Below the pieces are notes generated by a model. It made no database searches. It was not told the origin of the DNA and saw only the letters and a program-made list of their open reading frames with translations. DNA of 64,000 bases from Mobula hypostoma (Eukaryota), in contig NC_086097.1 of NCBI RefSeq assembly GCF_963921235.1, positions 99,884,001 through 99,948,000 on the forward strand. The letters run 5' to 3'. Positions within the stretch are counted from its first letter, which is position 1. Each line of letters starts with the position of its first letter. Below, piece by piece: positions 22,930 to 32,966 of the stretch. A program made the position numbers and the translations under genes.

Positions 22930-24750
22930 CCCCTAAACCTAACCCTAACCCTAATGCCAGTCACTCATATACATCCATCAGCCCAACACTCAAACCTAAA
23001 CCTAATGTCGAAGGGGGTACACACCCCCACAAACCCTAGGCACATCCCGATTATCCCTGGCCATCGCCCCCCACACACCGTAGGCACACCACGATTAACC
23101 TGGGCCACACCACCACAAACCCAATTCACCTTGTCAGGAAGGGCAAGATCCAAGAAAGGCAAGTGTTGGACCCGGTTAATGAAGGCGTGGGCCAGATCAA
23201 AGTGGCAGGGTTGCGTGAAATTGAATATCAAGTGAGGAGATCAAAAAGCACAAGAGGGCTGATTTTCCCACTGCCCGCATACTCTCAACCTAACCTAACA
23301 GTGACACGCTCTTCATTCTCCCGGTCGACAAAATGCCAGTAAAAAAGCCCAGATGCCCAAAAGGCGAGAGAGAACCAGAAAGTTAAACCCAAGCAGGGCC
23401 CACAGAAAACAAGTCACCACTAAACTCAAGTTCAGAGACACCGAATGCCCAGTAGACACTGTCAATTTAACCCATGCAATCCCAGGCATACGGATGCCAG
23501 GTGACGATGTTTAAAAACATCATTACCCTCATAGTTACATGCCTCTCATTATCCTGGTCCATGGGAAAACACAAGACGAGCTTGATCAACTCCGGCTGGG
23601 TCGCCTCGGGGAGGGTGTCTAATGATGAAAGACCCGAAACACCCGATGATCCGAGGATGCATTACTGATGATGTGTCCCAGTGCACACCCGGTTCATTGA
23701 ACCAAGTGGTGTCGGACCACGATAATGAAAGGCATGGGCCAGATTCACCTGGCTTCACCACATGAGCCTATGCGCCATAGCACCTCATACCTCACCACTC
23801 AAAACTCTGCAGCCTTACCTCTCCCAGTCACACACATTCATCTACCAGCCCAACAGTCAAACCTAATCCTAAAGACCAAGGGGGCACACACCCCCACAAA
23901 CCCTCGGCACATCCCGATTATCATGCCACACGCCCACAAACCCGAGGCACACCCCGACTAACCCTGGCCACACCCCCACAAACCCGATTAGCTTTGTCAG
24001 GAAGGGCAAGATCCAAGAAAGGCAAGTGTTGGACCTGGTTAATGAAGGCGTGGGCCAGATCAAAGTGGCAGGGTTGCGTGAAATTGAATCTCAAGTGAGG
24101 AAATCAAAAAGCACAAGAGGGCTGATTTGCCCACTGCCCGCATACTCTCAACCTAACCCTAATGCGAGGGCACACACCCCAACAAACCCTCGGCACATCC
24201 CGATTATCATGCCACACCCCCATAAACCCTAGGCACACCCCGACTAACCCTGGCCACACCCCCACAAACCCGATGACTTTTGTCAGGAGGGGCAAGATCC
24301 AAGAAAGGCAAGTGTTGGACCTGGTTAATGAAGGCGTGGGCCCGATCAAACTGGCAGGGTTGCATGAAATTGAATCTCAAGTGAGGAGATCAAAAAGCAC
24401 AAGAGGGCTGATTTGCCCACTGCCCGCATACTCTCAACCTAACCCTAACCCTAGCCCTAATGCCAGTCACTCATGTACTTCCACCAGCCCAACACTCAAA
24501 TCTAATCTGAACGTCCAAGGGCGCACTCACCCCCACAAACCCTAGGCACACCCCGATTAACCCTGGCCACACCCCCACAAAACCGATGACCTTTGTCAGG
24601 AGGGACAAGATCTAAGAAAGGCAAGTGTTGGACCTGATTAATGAAGGCGTGGGCCAGATCAAAGTGGCAGGGTTGCATGAAATTGAATCTCAAGTGAGGA
24701 GATCAAAAAGCACAAGAGGGCTGATTTGCCCACTGCCCGCATACTCTCAA
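22930..24750. repeat. Composite tandem array: four ~165-bp cores plus C-rich ~42-bp subrepeats and CCCTAA linkers
   Basis: Core ttgtcagg...ctctcaacctaac starts at about 23131, 23994, 24280 and 24593. Confidence 0.9.
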
Positions 24751-24951
24751 CCTAACCCTAAGCCTACCCCTACCCCTAGCCCTAGCCCTAGCCCTATCCC
24801 TAGCTCTAGCCCTAGCCCTAAGCCTAACCCTAGCCCTAGCCCTAGCCCTAACCCTCACCCTAACCCTAGTCCTAGTCCTAGCCCTAGCCCTACCCCTAGC
24901 CCTAGCCCTAGCCCTAGACCTAACCCTAATCCTAAGCCTAACCCTAACCCT
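24751..24951 (+). repeat. Variant telomere-like hexamer tract (CCCTAG/CCCTAA/CCCTAC)n
   Basis: About 33 hexamers, CCCTAG dominant, canonical CCCTAA at both ends. Confidence 0.9.
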
Positions 24952-24954
24952 GTT

Positions 24955-25160
24955 ATCGATTACAGCACCGGCGACCCAGGCCCCAGGAGTTTGTACATTC
25001 TCCCTGTGACCACATGGATTCCCCCACCCCGGTGCTCTGGTTTCCTCCCACAGTCCAAAGATGTACACGTTAATAGGTTACTTGGCCACGTGGGTGTAAT
25101 TGGGTGGCATGATCTCGTTCGGCTGAAGGGACTTGTAACTGTGCCATATCTCTAAATGAG
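24955..25160 (+). mobile_element. V-SINE (HE1-like)
   Basis: ggagtttgtacattctccctgtgacc...gtttcctcccacagtccaaagatgt V-domain. Confidence 0.7.
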
Positions 25161-25202
25161 TTCCCTGGTATCTTTTTGACATCAGAATCAACCTCGTAAA
25201 AA

Positions 25203-25677
25203 GATAGAAACATAGAAAATAGGTGCAGGAGTAGGCCATTTGGCCCTTCGAGCCTGCACTGCCATTCATTACGATCGTGGCTGATTATCCAACACAGAAC
25301 CCTCTACCTGATTTCTCTCCATACCCCCTGATCCCTTTAGTCACAAGGGCCATATCTAACTCCCTCTTAAATATAGCCAGTGAACTGGCCTCAACTGTTT
25401 CCTGTGGCAGAGAATTCCACAGATTCACCGCTCTCTGTATGAAGAAGTTTTTCCTCATCTCGGTCCTAAAAGGCTTCCCCTTTATCCTCAAACTGTGACC
25501 CCTCGTCCTGGACTTCCCCAACATCGGGAACAATCTTCCTGCATCTAGCCTGTCCAATCCCTTTAGAATTTTATACGTTTCAATAAGATCCCCCCTCAAT
25601 CTTCTAAATTCCAGCGAGTATAAGCCTAGTTGATCCAGTCTTTCTTCATATGAAAGTCCAGCCATCCCAGGGATCAA
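25203..25677 (-). mobile_element. CR1 LINE 3' end (well preserved)
   Basis: Open frame LSYEERLDQLGLYSLEFRRLRGDLIETYKIL...FFIQRAVNLWNSLP and a (TTTCTATG)-type tail. Confidence 0.9.
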
Positions 25678-25744
25678 TCAATCATTATGACCTTGCGCCT
25701 TATTGTCTGTCTGCAATGTAATTTCTCTATAACTGTTGCAGTTT

Positions 25745-26051
25745 GTTGGTGCGTGGCCAAGTGGTTAAGGTGTTTGTCTAGTGATTTGAAGGTCGCTAGT
25801 TCGAGCCCTAGCTGAGCCAGCATGTGAATCCTTGAGCAAAGCACTTAACCACACATTGCTCTGCGATGACACTGGTGCCAAGCTGTACGGGTCCCAATGC
25901 CCTTCCCTTGGTCAACATTGGTGGCGTGGAGAGGGGAGACTTGCAGCATGGGCAACTGCTGGTCTTCCATATAACCTTGCCCAGGCCTGTGCCCTGGAAA
26001 CCTTCCAAGGCAGAAATCCATGGTCTTACGAGACTAACGGATGCCTATAAA
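25745..26051 (+). mobile_element. tRNA-derived SINE next to the ZFYVE1 promoter
   Basis: A box TGGCCAAGTGG and B-box-like AGTTCGAGCC. 10-bp TSD gttgcagttt at 25735-25744 and 26052-26061. Confidence 0.88.
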
Positions 26052-26200
26052 GTTGCAGTTTATTCTGCATTCTGGTACTGCTTTACTTTGTCCTGTGTGA
26101 TGAATCTGCATGCAAGATAAGATTTTCACAGCAGCTCGGTTCGTGTAGCCCGGTGGAATGTAGTTACACAAATTCTACCTCCTGCCCTCCCCGGTTGTGG

Positions 26201-26221
26201 ACTACACCTCCCAGAAATCCC
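26201..26221 (+). promoter_or_regulatory. ZNF143/THAP11-type SBS motif
   Basis: ACTACACCTCCCAGAAATCCC fits the ACTACAnnTCCCA core. A weaker reverse-strand ACTACATTCC copy lies at about 26154-26164. Confidence 0.7.
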
Positions 26222-26334
26222 CGCGCGCCCAGTACTCTATGGCGGCTCAGCGGATCTCACGGCTCGCCGTACCGTCGCGCAGGCGCAGAATCGGCGGGCG
26301 AGAACGGGTCTGTCCGCTGAACGCTGCGGAGAGA

Positions 26335-26799
26335 ATGAGTGGCCAGGACTCCCCGGACGGGCCTGATGGAGGCCCGGAGCCGGCGTCCGGCCTGAGATGT
26401 CAGGAGAGCTACGCGTGTAGCGGCTCAGAGGCAGCCTTTGAGTGCGATGAGTGCGGCAGCTTGCAGTGCGCCCGCTGTGAGCGGCAACTCCACGCCCAGG
26501 CGCGCTTCGCCGAGCACGAACGGAGGCGCCTGCAGCCGGGCCACGTCCCTTACTGTGACCAGTGTCGCAGTTCGGCCTCGGGGCCCGCTCCCTCCGCCCG
26601 GCCCAGGGCCTGCGCCCGCTGCCAGAGCTGCCAGCTCAACTTGTGTGTCGATTGCCAGCGCCGCAGCCACGCAAACCGGCGCAAGCACCCGCTGCTCATC
26701 TACCCCCCGCCGCCCGAGGCCGGCCTCAGCCCCGAGGAGCAGCAGCCGATCGAGGTTACCAACAGTTTCTTGCTGGTCGACGAGAAGGAGGAGATCCGG
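26335..26799 (+). CDS. ZFYVE1: ZFYVE1/DFCP1 coding exon 1 (N-terminal Cys/His zinc-binding region)
   Basis: Translates MSGQDSP...LRCQESYACSGSEAAFECDECGSLQCARCERQLH...PGHVPYCDQC...SFLLVDEKEEIR, matching the vertebrate ZFYVE1 N-terminus. ATG at 26335 has A at -3. Donor CGG|gtaaag at 26800, phase 0. Confidence 0.95.
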
Positions 26800-29149
26800 G
26801 TAAAGCGGCCTTGACCATGGCTGGGCGATGGTTGGGGAGAGGGCAGGAGCTGAATCGGCTGCTCCCTCTTGGACTGCGGGCTATTGTGGCAGCCAAGTGT
26901 CAAATCAAAGGCTAGACCGGCCTTAATGTGACCGAACGGGTTAAATCTGTACTTGAACCCTTCAAAGAGAGAGTGTTAATATTGTCACGTAGTAGTTGGT
27001 CTAGTTGAAGACCAAGGATTAGTGGCTGCATTGTTCCAGTGTTGCTAAAGGACAGCCAGTGGCGGTGAACCGTTTGACAGCATCTGTCGAGTGAAATGAA
27101 CAGTCGACGTTTCGGATCAAGATTCCTGAAACGCCGCCTGTTTAGTTCTCTCCATTGGTGCTATCTGACCTTCGGAATTCTACCAGCTTTTTTCGTGCGT
27201 TGCTCCAGATTCTGACTAGTGCAGGCTCTTGGTTCCTTATGTCATTGTGGTGAAATGCTTATTTGTTAGTGAAGGATCTACATCCCCCCCCCCCGCCCAA
27301 CCTTCCCATAGTTTCCCCAGAAAGTGATAGAAGACAATCTGTTGGAGGAACACTGGGTCAAGAAGCAATTGTGGAAGGAAAGGAGTTATTGACATTCTGG
27401 GTCAAGGCCCTTCATTTGGAATCATTACAGAACACAGCAGGTTTTATTTTTGACATACATCAGCTACATTTCTAGGGTGATGACAGAACCTTGCAACACA
27501 ATTGCTTATTTGTCTCATCTCACCCTAGATGGCTCTCTGAAAGAGTTGTGCTCACCAATCCTCTCCTTTTGTCACTCTTCCAACTCTGTTAACACTACGC
27601 ACCATCTTCAGAAAGCATTCTATGTATTTTTTTTCTTTTCAAAGAAAGGATACTGGGTGAAAGTGGAGAACCATAGACCAGTTTGCCTGACAGAATTATT
27701 AGGAAAGCTAATTATTAAGGAATCTAACCTGTATGGTAACTGAGAGAAAGACTGAACTTGCAGTGTTCTGTATTTGGGATTTTGAAAAGCCATTCAATAT
27801 GACATCACACCCGTTATAGCGCAGACAGGTAAAATTTTGTGCTAGAAATCCAGTTTTGATGCTGGTGACATTTGCGTGCAGTTGTGCAGCTTTTTCTGTG
27901 ACCATGTGACTTTCTCCTGTTTCTTCGACAATCCTAAAGATTTACTCGCAAGTTAATTCAGTGTTGTAGATACTTCTAGTGTAGGCTAATGAAAGGAAAT
28001 TGTGGGAGCGTTGCTAAGCGTGTCCAAGAGGGAAATATGTGACTGGAAGGAGTGTTCCAAGAGCTGGATACATTGGCCTGAATGGCCTCTTGAGTGGTAA
28101 GGAACACAAGAACATTTGTCTTCCATTGTGTACTCTTCAATTAACTTATTCCATTCACATTTATGGTATGTTTGTAAATCAGATGTTGGTTTATTTCACT
28201 GGGAATTTCAGGATATAAACTGTATAATGAAGCCATCCATGGTGAAGGTAGGCAGAAACTGCAGGTGCAGTGGTGAGAGTGACGTAGAGTGGAAACAGTA
28301 GGTAAGAAATGGTGTCATTTTGCAAAAGCGTAGATGATCAGAGATTTTAGGGTATGTATGCATGGAAGTGGCATCGCAGTCTGAAAATAAATTTCAAAAA
28401 CAAAATGTGTTTATAAATGAGATCATTATAGATATTTGGTTCAGTATTGTACAGAATTTGGGGCACCACATTTCAGGAATGGCATTAACACCACCCAAAA
28501 ATGTAGAGCACGATTATACCAGGGATGAGAGCAGTTTGCAGAGGTTATTGTGGTTTTTTTTGAACCATGATTAAGAGGTTAATTTCATGAGTAAGTGGAC
28601 AAAAATTATTCTTTGTGCTGTGTCTTTGAATTGCCATTACATTAAATTATCACAATGTAGAAAGGGTACTTGCACAATAGTCTTGAGCTATCTGTGATAT
28701 TAATAGTATTAATTCAACAAATTTCTCAACAAAAAGGAACTTAAGGATAGAGCAGTGCAAATTGACCAGGTTAAGGAGACTTGCAGCATTAGAAAGCTGG
28801 TACGTTAGCACAATAATATGTATGATGACTTTGTTGATAATGTTCCATTAAATTGCTTGCTTTTATAGAGTTATGTTTCAGTACTCTTTGATACAGGGTT
28901 AAACGTTGGAAGGTTTGACTTTAGAAATGTCAAAGAGGTGGCGGTCGGGTGGATAGCTAAAGTAATTTGTGGCAACTTTAGAGCACGAAAGAAAAGTAAC
29001 AGATCCATGTGGATTGGTTAAACTAATGGTTGGTAATATTCTACAGATCACCAACTCGGTAACGGAAAGAGGAGGAAAGATGTCGTGCAAGGTGTTTAGT
29101 TGGGGCAGAATTTTTTCAGTGTATCCAGGAAGGTTTCGGAGGGTAGGAC

Positions 29150-30320
29150 TTCCGTAAGGTATTTGACAAAGTGTGGCATGGGAGGCTAATCCAGAAGATG
29201 AAGATGCATGGGGTCCGCAGTGAATTGCTTGTTTGGAATCAGTACTGACTTGAACATACGAGACAGAAGGTAGTGGTTGAAGGGACTTATTTGAGCCTGA
29301 GGTCTGTAACTAGTGGTGTTCTGCAGGGATCTGTGCTGGGACCCCTGCTGTTTGTGATGACCTGGATGAAAATGTAGATGGGTGGGTTAGTAAATTTGCA
29401 AATGATACCAATTTGGTGGAGTTGTGGAGTTTAGAAGACTGGCAAAGATTACAGCAAGATATAGATCAGTTTACGATATGGGCTGAGAAATGTCTGATGG
29501 AGTTTAACCCAGACAAATGTGAGGCGTTGCACCTTGGCAGGGCAAACACAAGGAGACATACAGTGTTAAAAGGCAAAACCTTTAACAGTGTTGCTGAGCA
29601 GAGAGATCTTGGGATCCAAGTTCATAGCTGCTTGAAAGTGGCAACGCAGGTCGATGAGGTGGTTAAGAAGGCTTATGGAGTACGTGCTTTGATTAGTCAA
29701 GACACTGAATTCTAAAGTCGGGAGGTTATGTTGCAACTTTATAAACTCTGGTTAGGCCAAATCTGGAGTATTGTGTACAGTTCTGGTTGCCCCACTATAG
29801 GAAGGATGTTGAAGCTTTGGAGAGGGTGCAGAAGAGGTTTACCAGAATGTTGCTTGATTTAGGGGGCATGTGCTGTCATGAGAGGCTGGATAAACTTGGG
29901 CTGTTTTCTCTGGAGAGCCAGAGGCTGAGGGGAGACCTGATCGAGGTTTATAAGATTATGAGAGGCACAGATAGTGTAGACAGGGAGTATCTGTTAAAGT
30001 GTCGAATACCAGAGGGCATACATTGAAGGTGAGAGGGGGTAGGATCAAAGAGGATGTGAGGGGTAAATTTTTACTCGGAGTGGTGATTGCCTGGAATGTG
30101 CTGCCTGGTATGGTGGTGGAGGCAAATACATTAGCGGCTTTTAAGAGACGTTTAGATAGGCACATGGATGTAAAGATGATGGGGGGGGCGCGGTGTGATC
30201 TGGACGTGGTGTAGGTGGGAGGGATTAGTTTTTGGATGCTTTTGATTTGCTTTTTAGCTGGTTTGTCCCAACATTGTGGGCTGGAAGGCCCGTTCCTGCA
30301 TTGTACTGTTCTATATGAAC
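29150..30320 (+). mobile_element. CR1 LINE ORF2 3' half
   Basis: QGSVLGPLLF, MEFNPDKCEALHLGR, LERVQKRFTRML and RGDLIEVYKIM motifs. Confidence 0.88.
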
Positions 30321-31121
30321 AAATGTATGGAGTGAGTTATAATTAAATTATGGAAATGTGCACAAAAGCTGACAGGATCAGAAGGCAGCAGGTTATTGGG
30401 TTATTTTTAGTTTGTCCATGCTCATTTCTTAACCTGCATGTCAGAACTCAAAGCAGAGAATCCCTGCTAGTCCTAGTAATGAGAACCCACAGCAGATAAA
30501 AGTATAGAGAAACATCTCGCTGTTAGGAACACATATGTATAATCAAGGGTGTTACGGCAAAGCCTGAAGAATTTGGAAAAGATTGAATGTTGAGTGAAAT
30601 AGAAAGGAAAAGTAATCCTAATGTGTACTTTGACGAAATAGCAGTGGGAAATACAGTTTCCGTGGAACTTAGGAGAAATACCTTTCAAAATAGCACACTT
30701 AACTAATTGCTAATGTGGAGAAAGAGTAAGGAATAGATTTAAGGAGATAGAATTTTGGAATGAAGCTTCGGAATTTTCTGCCCCTGAGCAGTGGTCATTT
30801 AATGTACTCAATGCTGAGATAAATCTTTGGGTTTCAGGAAGCATTGGAGTCATAGGGTCATTAGGATAGTGCAGTATTTCCCAGCCTTTGTTAGGTCAAC
30901 ACCTCCCTAAAGCACTTTCATACTTGCCAACACCCCTCTTAGGCACAATATACTTTCCAATAGTGCATTGGGTAACCCATGATCTGGTTGAATGGTTTTC
31001 ATTGGGGGGGGTGAGGTAGGCTGCATCATTTGCTCATGTTCTTCAGCTTTGTAGAGAAACAAAATTAGATCATACATGAAAGGTTAAGAAAGATGGGATG
31101 ATTGAATCTGCAACCTGAATC

Positions 31122-31889
31122 ACATAAATAACTAGGTAATAGTAATGTGGAATTCAGAGTGTCAGAGGATAGAAGTACATAAATAACTAGGTAATAGTAA
31201 TGTGGAATTCAGAGTGTCAGAGGATAGAAGTACATAAATAACTAGGTAATAGTAATGTGGAATTCAGAGTGTCAGAGGATAGAAGTACATAAATAACTAA
31301 GTAATAGTAATGTGGAATTCAGAGTGTCAGAGGATAGAAGTACATAAATAACTAGGTAATAGTAATGTGGAATTCAGAGTGTCAGAGGATAGAAGTACAT
31401 AAATAACTAGGTAATAGTAATGTGGAATTCAGAGTGTCAGAGGATAGAAGTACATAAATAACTAGGTAATAGTAATGTGGAATTCAGAGTGTCAGAGGAT
31501 AGAAGTACATAAATAACTAGGTAATAGTAATGTGGAATTCAGAGTGTCAGAGGATAGAAGTACATAAATAACTAGGTAATAGTAATGTGGAATTCAGAGT
31601 GTCAGAGGATAGAAGTACATAAATAACTAGGTAATAGTAATGTGGAATTCAGAGTGTCAGAGGATAGAAGTACATAAATAACTAGGTAATAGTAATGTGG
31701 AATTCAGAGTGTCAGAGGATAGAAGTACATAAATAACTAGGTAATAGTAATGTGGAATTCAGAGTGTCAGAGGATAGAAGTACATAAATAACTAGGTAAT
31801 AGTAATGTGGAATTCAGAGTGTCAGAGGATAGAAGTACATAAATAACTAGGTAATAGTAATGTGGAATTCAGAGTGTCAGAGGATAGAA
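31122..31889 (+). repeat. 55-bp minisatellite, ~14 near-identical copies
   Basis: Unit acataaataactaggtaatagtaatgtggaattcagagtgtcagaggatagaagt. One internal substitution seen (ctaag, about 31299). Confidence 0.97.
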
Positions 31890-32461
31890 TCTATGAACAT
31901 GTTAACAAATGTCACGGCACATACTGGTGATAATAAACCTGATTCTGATTTTGACGTGTGTGATCTCCTTTATAAAGTTTAATTGGAGCTGCAATGGCTG
32001 TCAATACTCTAGTAAGCAATCCTTTTTAAAAGAGCCAATGGTATTGCTGTTTATCAGTCTAGTTAGTCTGACGCGACAAAGTAAGAGTTCCATTTTTTTA
32101 AACTTTTCTTACAAGTATCTCACAAGACAGACCATAAAACATAGCAGAAATAGGCCATTCAGCCCATCGAGCTCAGACATGTCACAATTGGAGACAATAC
32201 CAGATATTCTTCTGTCAGGAGAGAGTGAAATTGAAAAGAATTATCCAACCACTTTTGTGGAGGATTGGTATCATGTTGGTGTCATGTGGAATGGAAGGTT
32301 TGTGGGAAGAGGGTGGGGTGCATGTGGCAAAGATGTGATTTTGTCCTCTTCCTGTTACTGACTGTAGAGTCTGAAATGCTATTTTAAAACTCATTACAAT
32401 AAGCAAGGTTATAATTAGACCTTCCAAAGTAATTACTTCATGTCTTTGGCTTGTTCCTTAG

Positions 32462-32966
32462 GTAGCAGATGAAGAAGAATTTATTCAAAAACTTGCTTGC
32501 AAACCAGATGAAAACCTGAAAGTTGTTTCAATTTTTGGCAACACTGGTGATGGGAAGTCTCACACCCTCAATCATACATTCTTCAGAGGTCGTGAAGTTT
32601 TCAAGACCTCACCAACACAGGAGTCTTGCACTGTTGGAGTATGGGTAGCCTATGATCCTGTTCATCACATTATTGTCGTCGACACTGAAGGATTACTGGG
32701 AGCTACTACTAACCTAAGTCAACGAACAAGATTGCTACTTAAAGTACTTGCTATATCTGACACAATTATTTACAGAACTCATGCAGACAGATTACACAAT
32801 GACCTCTTTAAATTTCTTGCTGATGCATCTGAAGCTTACCTTAAACACTTCACAAAGGAGTTGAAAGCTACCACTGCAAGATGTGGGTTGGATGTTCCGT
32901 TGTCTACACTAGGACCATCTGTCATTATCTTTCATGAGACTGTGCACACTAAGTTACTAGGATCAG
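32462..32966 (+). CDS. ZFYVE1: ZFYVE1 coding exon 2 (P-loop NTPase domain start)
   Basis: Acceptor ttccttag| then VADEEEFIQKLACKPDENLKVVSIFGNTGDGKSHTLNHTFF...DTEGLLG...FHETVHTKLLGS. Walker A motif GNTGDGKS. Donor G|gtaggc; 505 nt, phase 1. Confidence 0.97.

Larger units (their letters stand above)
26140..26900. promoter_or_regulatory. CpG island / probable ZFYVE1 promoter
   Basis: The most extended GC- and CpG-rich stretch in an otherwise CpG-poor window; it overlaps the first coding exon. Confidence 0.85.

Noticed and set aside
23615..23690. Hammerhead ribozyme in the structured cassette (CTAATGA..GAAAC; CTGATGA)
   Set aside because: The core segments cannot be arranged with proper stems II and III and a cleavage triplet.
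22930..23800. Telomerase RNA gene (CTAACCCTAAC template-like sequence)
   Set aside because: The motif is repeated many times, and I could not find the vertebrate pseudoknot, CR4/5 or H/ACA elements.
24502..24693. LPFLDL motif in the array core suggesting Penelope RT origin
   Set aside because: Only a six-residue resemblance; flanking residues do not follow RT motifs.
24625..25155. 176-aa Pro/Ser-rich ORF and its antisense Arg/Ala ORF
   Set aside because: Both are translations of the hexamer tract plus a V-SINE; no splice or homology support.
26425..26915. Alternative-frame and antisense ORFs over ZFYVE1 exon 1
   Set aside because: Expected from high GC and few stop codons; the ORF-track start at 26197 is a GTG within the promoter motif.
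31122..31889. CRISPR-like array
   Set aside because: Units are identical end to end with no unique spacers; eukaryotic intron; no cas genes.
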